This document shows, in pieces, positions 49,788 to 56,249 of a stretch of 56,249 nucleotides of DNA. The notes beneath the pieces are model-generated. The model searched no databases and was not told the DNA's origin. It saw only the letters and a list, made by a program, of their open reading frames with translations. A program made the translations under genes and the position numbers. Source of the DNA: Solirubrobacteraceae bacterium. Its GTDB lineage: Bacteria; Actinomycetota; Thermoleophilia; Solirubrobacterales; Solirubrobacteraceae. Every line of letters starts with the position of its first letter. Within the stretch, counting starts at the first letter, position 1. Location of the stretch: contig DAIPIC010000001.1 in the NCBI GenBank assembly GCA_036771025.1, forward strand, positions 1 through 56,249. Reading direction: 5' to 3'.

Positions 49788-51356
49788 ATGCGCGACAAAG
49801 CCCCCGAGACCTACGACGAACGGCTGGCCCAGCTGGGCGAGATCCGCCAGGAGGCGGTCCACTCGGGCTCGGAGGCCGCGGTCGCCAAGCAGCACGAGAA
49901 GGGCAAGTACACCGCTCGGGAGCGGATCGAGAAGCTCCTAGATCCGGGGTCCTTCCAGGAGCTCGACACGTTCGTACGTCATCGCACCTACGAGTTCGAG
50001 ATGCAGAAGAACCGGCCCTACGGCGACGCCGTGGTGACGGGGCACGGCACGATCGAGGGTCGGCGGGTGTGCGTCTTCAGCCAGGACTTCACCGTGTTCG
50101 GCGGCTCGCTGGGAGAAGTGATGGGCGAGAAGATGTGCAAGATCATGGACCTGGCGGCCAAGATCGGCTGCCCCGTGATCGGGATGAACGACTCCGGTGG
50201 CGCCCGCATCCAGGAGGGCGTCGTCTCGCTCGGGGCGTACGGGGACGTGTTCATCCGCAACGTCCGCTCGTCCGGCGTGATTCCGCAGATCAGCCTGGTG
50301 ATGGGGCCCTGTGCCGGCGGCGCCGTGTACTCACCGGCGATCACGGACTTCATCTTCATGGTCAAGGAGACCTCGCACATGTTCATCACCGGCCCCGACG
50401 TGATCAGGACGGTCACCGGCGAGGAGGTCGATTTCGAGTCGCTGGGTGGCGCCATGTCGCACAACTCGAAGTCGGGCGTCGCTCATTTCGCCTCCGACGA
50501 CGAGGACCAGTGCCTCGAGGACACCCGCTACCTCCTCTCGTTCCTGCCGCAGAACAACCTCGAGCTCCCGCCGCGGGTGCAGCCCACGGACGATCCGCTG
50601 CGGATGGACGAGGAACTGGATCATGTCGTCCCCGACAGTCCCAACAAGCCCTACGACATGCGTGACGCAATCCGCCTGGTGGTGGACGACGGCGAATTTT
50701 TCGAAGTCCACGAGCACTACGCGCGAAACATCGTGTGCGGCCTCGCCCGCCTCAACGGATACTCGATCGGGGTCGTCGGCAACCAGCCCAATCAGCTGGC
50801 CGGCGTGCTCGACATCGATTCCTCGGAGAAGGCCGCACGCTTCATTCGTACCTGCGACGCGTTCAACGTTCCGATCCTCACCTTCTGCGACGTGCCGGGC
50901 TTCCTGCCGGGGACCAACCAGGAGTGGGGCGGGATCATCCGCCACGGGGCGAAGCTCCTGTACGCATACGCCGAGGCCACGGTGCCGAAGATCACGGTCA
51001 TCACCCGTAAGGCTTACGGCGGGGCCTACGACGTCATGGGGTCAAAGCACCTGGCAGCGGACTTCAACTTCGCTTGGCCGTCGGCGGAGGTGGCGGTCAT
51101 GGGACCGGAGGGCGCCGTCAACATCATTTACCGCCGAGACATCAGTTCGTCTCCGACCCCGGACACCCGTAGGCAGAAGCTGATCACCGACTACAAGGCC
51201 CACTTCGCCAATCCATTCGTCGCCGCCGAGCGGGGATACATCGACGACGTCATCGTGCCCCACGAGACGCGGCCCAAGGTGATCACTGCGCTCGAGACGC
51301 TCGAGACCAAGCGCGAGCCGGGTCCCAAGCGCAAGCACGGGAACATCCCGCTGTAG
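49788..51356 (+). CDS. Acyl-CoA (propionyl-CoA-type) carboxylase carboxyltransferase beta subunit
   Basis: GKYTARERI, DFTVFGGS, DSGGARIQEG, GPCAGGAVY, DVPGFLPG, RKAYGGAY, KHGNIPL. Confidence 0.95.
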   Translation: MRDKAPETYDERLAQLGEIRQEAVHSGSEAAVAKQHEKGKYTARERIEKLLDPGSFQELDTFVRHRTYEFEMQKNRPYGDAVVTGHGTIEGRRVCVFSQDFTVFGGSLGEVMGEKMCKIMDLAAKIGCPVIGMNDSGGARIQEGVVSLGAYGDVFIRNVRSSGVIPQISLVMGPCAGGAVYSPAITDFIFMVKETSHMFITGPDVIRTVTGEEVDFESLGGAMSHNSKSGVAHFASDDEDQCLEDTRYLLSFLPQNNLELPPRVQPTDDPLRMDEELDHVVPDSPNKPYDMRDAIRLVVDDGEFFEVHEHYARNIVCGLARLNGYSIGVVGNQPNQLAGVLDIDSSEKAARFIRTCDAFNVPILTFCDVPGFLPGTNQEWGGIIRHGAKLLYAYAEATVPKITVITRKAYGGAYDVMGSKHLAADFNFAWPSAEVAVMGPEGAVNIIYRRDISSSPTPDTRRQKLITDYKAHFANPFVAAERGYIDDVIVPHETRPKVITALETLETKREPGPKRKHGNIPL

Positions 51357-51377
51357 CGCCGCGTCGCGAGCGGCTCC

Positions 51378-53405
51378 TCAGAACCTGACTGTCAGCTTCC
51401 GGCTCGAGGCCATCCCGGTGGACGGCACGAACCGGATCTTGAGCGCCACGTTCATTTTTCCGCCGCTGGCCAGGCTGCTGTGCTGAGCGTTGCTCAGCTT
51501 GAGCCTGAGCTTCGCGACGCCCGCTTGGGTGACCTTGACCGGCTTGCCCACCCCGAACAGCTTCCCCGGGGCGTTTACCGTCACCAGGATCGTCGCGCCG
51601 TTCGTCGTCTTGTTCCTGACCGCAACGCCCGTGACCTTGGCCTTGAAGACGGTCACCGTCTGGAACGTGCTGGCCGTCAGCCCGGAGCTGTCGGTGATGC
51701 CGAGCGTGACCGTGTAAGTGCCGGGCTTCTTGAAGGCGTGGGTCACGTGGGCGCCCGCCCCGACCGATCCATCGCCGAAGTTCCAGGCATAAGCCACGAT
51801 CGACCCGTCCGAATCGCTGGAGCGAGACGCGTCGAAGCTCACGGGCTGGCCCGTGCCGCGATGGAGGGTTTTGACGACGTATGCCGCGGTGGGGGGCTCG
51901 TCGGTCTGCTGCGGCGCGGGGACGTTCCCCCCGGGCGGCGCCGGTGGGCCTCCCGTTCCGGTGGGCGGCGGTGTGCCGCCCCCTCCCGGCGGCGGCGGTG
52001 GCGGCGGCGGCGGCGGAGTGCCTCCTGTCACCGTCACCTGGTGGCTGGCTCGGGAGAGCCTGCCCTTCGGATCCACGATCGTGAACGTGACCGTGTAGCT
52101 GCCGGCCGCACCGTAGGTGTGGGACACGGAGCCGGGGCCGGCGCCGCTGTTATCGAAGCTCGTCGCGCCGTCGCCGAAGTCCCAGCTGACGCTGGAATAG
52201 CCGTTCGAGCTGCTGCTGGCACTGGGGTCGAAGCTGACAGGCGTCCCCGTTACCGGGCTCGCCGAGGACGAGAAGCTCGCCGAGATCGCCCCCGCAGAAG
52301 GCCGCAGCTCGCAGTTGACGTCGCCGTTGCTCCACTCGCTCTGGATGTAGTAGCGGTCGGAGTTGATCGACTGGTTGTAGAGCGTCCCGGCCGCGGCGCT
52401 GCCCCCGAGCGTGGGAGTGAATGCATTCGGGTTGGTGCCAGCGTTGGGGTTGAACGCACCCGCGACGTTGCAGTTATCCCCATCCTCGAAGCCTGAGGCG
52501 CTGTTCCACCAGCCGCTACCCAGCGGATCGGTGATCGTCTCTGAGTCCTCGTGGCTCAGGTACTTGGCCGCGACGTCTCCGATCGGGTCTCCGTTGGGTG
52601 CTTGCACGGATGCGTTGCCATCGGCCTGGCATGCCTTGGGATCGAGCGCCGCGTCCAGCGTCGGAATCGACGCATACAGAACGCGGCTGCTGCCGTCGGT
52701 GAAGACGGAGTGGTAGGCGCAGAACTTGTTGTCGGCGCAGTCCGCGGTGGACGAGCATTCATTGACGTCGCCCGGCAGCACGACGAAATAGATCGGGGCG
52801 TTCTGGTCGAGCTCCGACGCCGAGCTCGCTCCGGCGGTCGGGAGGCCGTTGACCGCGATCAGGCGGGCGATCTCCGATCTGAGCTGAGCGTCGGTGAGAC
52901 AGGTCGGATACGAGGCGCTGGTGCTGGAGCAGTTGTTCGAGGTGGGGTAGGGCTGGGTATCGACGATGGCCTGGGCCGAGGAGGAGAACTGCTGCCTGTA
53001 ATCCGCGAACCCGGCGCCGTCGGTGAACTGGCGGTCGACGCCGTAGACATCGGAGGACTTGCCGCTATCCGCGGCCACGTCGGCGAAGTAGCTCTCGAGC
53101 ACGGACTGGGTGGCGCCGCCGATCGCCTCGCCCGCCGGCACCCAGAAGATCAGGTAGGGAGCGCTCGAGCGCATTACCGGTCCGCTGTGGTAGTCGAGGT
53201 TGCCGTTGCTCGATAGAGGTATCGCGGCGTGCTGGGCGGCCACCGAACCGGCGATCGATGCCGCGGACACCCCTCTCTTGGGGGCGACGCTCAGAAAGCG
53301 ACCGTTGGGCTGGTGCGTCACGACGGCAGCGGCGCTCGGCGCAAGCAGCGCAAACGTTGCAAGCAGTGCGATCAGAGCAAGCTTGCAGCGCACGAGGATC
53401 TTCAT
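51378..53405 (-). CDS. Secreted protein: PHI-1/EXORDIUM-like domain + two PKD domains
   Basis: Signal peptide; YHSGPVM, CAYHS, SHEDSETITDP, EDGDNC; WDFGDG and WNFGDG PKD motifs; poly-Pro/Gly linker. Confidence 0.8.
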   Translation of the reverse strand: MKILVRCKLALIALLATFALLAPSAAAVVTHQPNGRFLSVAPKRGVSAASIAGSVAAQHAAIPLSSNGNLDYHSGPVMRSSAPYLIFWVPAGEAIGGATQSVLESYFADVAADSGKSSDVYGVDRQFTDGAGFADYRQQFSSSAQAIVDTQPYPTSNNCSSTSASYPTCLTDAQLRSEIARLIAVNGLPTAGASSASELDQNAPIYFVVLPGDVNECSSTADCADNKFCAYHSVFTDGSSRVLYASIPTLDAALDPKACQADGNASVQAPNGDPIGDVAAKYLSHEDSETITDPLGSGWWNSASGFEDGDNCNVAGAFNPNAGTNPNAFTPTLGGSAAAGTLYNQSINSDRYYIQSEWSNGDVNCELRPSAGAISASFSSSASPVTGTPVSFDPSASSSSNGYSSVSWDFGDGATSFDNSGAGPGSVSHTYGAAGSYTVTFTIVDPKGRLSRASHQVTVTGGTPPPPPPPPPPGGGGTPPPTGTGGPPAPPGGNVPAPQQTDEPPTAAYVVKTLHRGTGQPVSFDASRSSDSDGSIVAYAWNFGDGSVGAGAHVTHAFKKPGTYTVTLGITDSSGLTASTFQTVTVFKAKVTGVAVRNKTTNGATILVTVNAPGKLFGVGKPVKVTQAGVAKLRLKLSNAQHSSLASGGKMNVALKIRFVPSTGMASSRKLTVRF

Positions 53406-53424
53406 CGGCCCATCCAGCCCGTCA

Positions 53425-54372
53425 CTAAAGCCCCACCACCTGGGCCGATACGGTACCCGCCCGCCACGCCTCGAGCGCAGCCGCGGCGACCGCCAGATCC
53501 TGGACGGCGAGTCCCGTGGAGTCGAACATGGTGGCCGCCTCGGGTCCTGGGCGGCCCGGTGCCTCGCCCGCCAGCACCGCGCCGAGCTCAGTCACCTCCT
53601 CGCGGGCCACGAGGCCCGCGGCAATGGCGGCGGTCAACTCTCCGCCGTGCGATGCCTGCTCCCACTCGTCGCAGAACAGCGCGCATGAAGCCACGGCCCC
53701 GACGCTCGCCTCGGACTTGCCCGCCCCGTCGGCGCCCAGCATGTTCAGGTGCAGGCCGGGCCGCAGACTCCCGGCATCGACGACTATCTCCTCGCCCGGC
53801 GTGATGCAGCACACCACATCGCACCGAAGGGCCTCCTCTCGCGAGCCGGCCGCCCACCCGAGCTCGGCGGCCAGGGCAGCGGCAGACTCGGGGCGGACGT
53901 CGTGGCAGATGCCCCGCCGGTAGCCGGCGACGGCGTGGCAGCGGGCGACCCATGCACCGTGCAGGCCGCAGCCAATGATCCCTACCGAGCGGGACTCGGG
54001 AGCTGCCAGCGCGGTGGTGGCCACTGCGGCCACGGCGCCGGTCCGCAGCGCCGTGACCGACCGAGCATCGATCAGCATCAGCGGCTCGCCGGTAGATGCA
54101 TCTGAGAGGCAGATAACGCCGGTGACGGTCGGCAGTCCCCGGGACGGGTTCTGGGGGAACGATGTCACCCATTTGAGCAGTGCCAGTCCTTCGCCCCGCG
54201 CGGGCATCGCGCGGAAATCGCCAAATGGGGGGCTGTCGAGGTAGATCTTGGGAGGCATTGCCCAGTCGCCGGCGTGGAACCGAACCAGCCCTTCCCGGAC
54301 CCGCTCGATGGCCTCTGTCGGCGATACCGCGTTGAGCACCGCATCGTGGTTGAGGACGGGCAGCTCTGGCAT
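53425..54372 (-). CDS. Ornithine cyclodeaminase/mu-crystallin family (alanine dehydrogenase-like)
   Basis: FRAMPA, LKWVTSFP.N, TALRTGA, IIGCG, FDSTGLAVQD; start ATG 54372. Confidence 0.92.
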   Translation of the reverse strand: MPELPVLNHDAVLNAVSPTEAIERVREGLVRFHAGDWAMPPKIYLDSPPFGDFRAMPARGEGLALLKWVTSFPQNPSRGLPTVTGVICLSDASTGEPLMLIDARSVTALRTGAVAAVATTALAAPESRSVGIIGCGLHGAWVARCHAVAGYRRGICHDVRPESAAALAAELGWAAGSREEALRCDVVCCITPGEEIVVDAGSLRPGLHLNMLGADGAGKSEASVGAVASCALFCDEWEQASHGGELTAAIAAGLVAREEVTELGAVLAGEAPGRPGPEAATMFDSTGLAVQDLAVAAAALEAWRAGTVSAQVVGL

Positions 54373-54398
54373 GGGCGGCGGACGATACCCTCGGCGAG

Positions 54399-54602
54399 GT
54401 GAACCGCCGGCCACTGCTGAAGATCATCGCTCCCGGGGCCTCGCCCGAGGAGGCGGCGGCGGTGGTCGCGGCGCTCGAGCGGTTCATGCGCGAGACGGCT
54501 CCGCGCCCCATTCCTCCCGCGCCGCGGCGCAGCCCCTGGCAGCGGGCCGCCCTCTACGAAGGGGTGGCGCTAGCTCCGGAGCCCCCGCTCCCGTGGTCCT
54601 GA
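54399..54602 (+). CDS. Acyl-CoA carboxylase epsilon subunit (AccE-like)
   Basis: ASPEEAAAVVAAL...SPWQRAAL pattern; 67 aa; close to the beta subunit. Confidence 0.7.
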   Translation: MNRRPLLKIIAPGASPEEAAAVVAALERFMRETAPRPIPPAPRRSPWQRAALYEGVALAPEPPLPWS

Positions 54603-54760
54603 CCACCTAGCGCGCGCCGCGGCGAAAGCAGCGGCTTCGCTCGCTGCTCGGCCTTGACATCCGCCCCCACGTGTGGGACGGTCAGGATCGGTGGTTTTTA
54701 GGCCGGATCGCGTCCGGCGATTGGGCAATCCGGGGTTACAACTGAAGGGGGCTGGGCGCA

Positions 54761-54922
54761 GTGTCATACCGAGCGGAGCTAGCAGCCGCTCCTTCGCCTT
54801 CCAATCTTCCGGGCCCGCCCATGTGGACGGGAGCCCGCAGCCGCGCTCGTCGACGCGCGGCGCTCGCTAGGCATCGCGTCGCCCCCAGCGCAGATGCCGG
54901 CCTTGCGCCGGTTGCCGACTGA
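54761..54922 (+). CDS. Putative 53-aa small basic protein
   Basis: GAAGGGGG upstream of GTG; MSYRAELAAAPSPSNLPGPPMWTGARSRARRRAALARHRVAPSADAGLAPVAD; followed by a strong hairpin. Confidence 0.35.
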   Translation: MSYRAELAAAPSPSNLPGPPMWTGARSRARRRAALARHRVAPSADAGLAPVAD

Positions 54923-54930
54923 GGAGCGCG

Positions 54931-54970
54931 CCGGTTGCCGCGGCGGCTGCTAATGCCGCCGCGGCGCCGG
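54931..54970 (+). terminator. GC-rich hairpin (possible terminator without U-tract)
   Basis: GCCGCGGCGGC-TGCTAAT-GCCGCCGCGGC, 11-bp perfect stem extended by CCGG/CCGG. Confidence 0.45.
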
Positions 54971-55018
54971 TCATCCCAAAATGGATGTAACCGGACCGGC
55001 TTTGATACCTTTTTGATG

Positions 55019-56249
55019 ATGGAGCGCGCGTCAGTCGATAGCCCCGAGCGGGAGAGCGCCAAGGCCGGAGCGCCCGGATGGGTCGGCGCCCGCGAGGGCT
55101 CGCTCGAGAACCCCGAGGTGCTGAAGGACGTCCCGGGACACATTATCCCCATCCTCCAGCGCGAGTTTGACGACTTCGATACGGAGTCGACCCGCTATCT
55201 GAAGGGTGAGCTGGAGGGCGAGGAATTCATCAAGTTCCGACTCAAGCAAGGCGTCTACGGCCAGCGCCAGCCGGACGTCCAGATGATCAGGGTCAAGCTG
55301 CCGCTGGGCGGTGTGACCCCGGACCAGCTGGATGCGTTCGCGGCCGGGATCGAGAAGTACGTCCCGCTTCGCAAGGGCCACATCACGACCAGGCAGAACA
55401 TCCAGATGCACCACGTGCCCCTGCCAGAAGCTGCGAACCTGATCCGCGATCTCGGGGACGCGGGCCTCTCCTCGCGCGAGGGGTGCGGGAACACGATGCG
55501 CAACGTGACCGGCGATCCGCGCGCAGGGACCCTAAGTGGAGAGCTCTTCGACATCACCCCGTACGCCGGGGCGTATGTCCGCTATTTCGTGCGCCACCCC
55601 ACGACGCAGGCGATGCCGCGCAAGTTTAAGACGGCGTTCGCGGCCACGGACGAGGACAACGCGATCACCAAGATCCACGACATGGCGTTCTTGCCCCGCG
55701 TACGGGATGGCGTGCGCGGCGTGGAAGTGCGGGTGGGGGGCGGAACCTCGATCATGCCGCGCCTAGCGCCGACCCTGTACGAGTTCGTCGAGCTCGACAA
55801 CGGCGACTACCTGAAGGTCACCGAGGCCGTGGTCAGGATCTTCGATCGCCAGGAGTGGCTGCGGGTGAACCGCGCCCGGGCCAGGATCAAGGTCCTGATC
55901 GACAAGATCGGGATCGATGAGTTCCGCGAGCTGGTGGAGGAGGAGCTTCAGGGCGACTGGGTCTCCGAGCGCGACTTCACCCTCGACGAGCTGCTGTTCG
56001 AGGACGAGGAGGAGGCCAACGCTCCACCGAAGCCTCAGACGACCGCCAGCCCCAACGGAGACCTGTCCGATTACGACCGGTTTGTAGAGACCAACGTCCG
56101 CTCTCAGCGCCAGGACGGGTTCTCAACCGTCGAGGTCAAGGTCACGCGTGGCGACCTGACTGTTGAGCAGTTCCGCGGGCTGGCCCAGATCATGCGCGAA
56201 TACACGGGCGGTTATGCGCGGACCAGCGTGCATCAGAACCTGATCCTGC
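55019..56249 (+). CDS. Ferredoxin-type sulfite/nitrite reductase hemoprotein (truncated by window end)
   Basis: Translated by hand: GVYGQRQ..MIRVKLP.G, HITTRQNIQ, GCGNTMRNV, MPRKFK, IHD; TACCTT 7 nt before ATG 55019. Confidence 0.9.
   Translation, partial: MERASVDSPERESAKAGAPGWVGAREGSLENPEVLKDVPGHIIPILQREFDDFDTESTRYLKGELEGEEFIKFRLKQGVYGQRQPDVQMIRVKLPLGGVTPDQLDAFAAGIEKYVPLRKGHITTRQNIQMHHVPLPEAANLIRDLGDAGLSSREGCGNTMRNVTGDPRAGTLSGELFDITPYAGAYVRYFVRHPTTQAMPRKFKTAFAATDEDNAITKIHDMAFLPRVRDGVRGVEVRVGGGTSIMPRLAPTLYEFVELDNGDYLKVTEAVVRIFDRQEWLRVNRARARIKVLIDKIGIDEFRELVEEELQGDWVSERDFTLDELLFEDEEEANAPPKPQTTASPNGDLSDYDRFVETNVRSQRQDGFSTVEVKVTRGDLTVEQFRGLAQIMREYTGGYARTSVHQNLIL

Noticed and set aside
54603..55018. 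SAM-I/SAM-IV riboswitch or Cys-rich leader peptide before the sulfite reductase
   Set aside because: No SAM riboswitch core recognised and the small ORF has no Cys

Overview
High-GC chromosomal window of mostly core genes. Gene content and protein style suggest an actinobacterium of the Thermoleophilia/Solirubrobacterales type (inference, no search run). About 50 CDS and one tRNA-Arg(CCT); no CRISPR, integrase or intact IS seen. Main blocks: Nramp-related (DNDAG-type) metal transporter; pepT / class IV aminotransferase / wecB / oxidoreductase / acetyltransferase; rpsF-ssb-rpsR-rplI-dnaB-(DnaC-like ATPase)-purA; TetR-MFS pair; TreT-like + OtsA-like trehalose genes; OmpR-type two-component system; an M28-pseudopeptidase polytopic membrane protein next to a sortase; mini-FlgM under a sigma28 promoter; PBP1A-infA-thiL; PIG-V-like mannosyltransferase-HAD-CPBP-pyrE; a degenerate Opp-type ABC set; sugar transferase and UDP-GlcA decarboxylase; ferritin; moaD/E-selA-selB-methyltransferase-ICL/PEPM operon; amino-acid ABC transporter; methylmalonyl-CoA mutase and acyl-CoA carboxylase beta/epsilon; a secreted PKD protein; ornithine cyclodeaminase-like gene; and a sulfite/nitrite reductase cut by the window end. 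Best leads: (1) a Gaa1/GPAA1-like protein beside a sortase and near a PIG-V-like transferase, possibly a bacterial GPI-like anchoring module; (2) a uORF plus SD-sequestering hairpin upstream of the putative Mg2+ transporter; (3) a DnaC-type helicase loader coupled to dnaB; (4) an unannotated minimal FlgM. All family calls come from motif recognition by eye.
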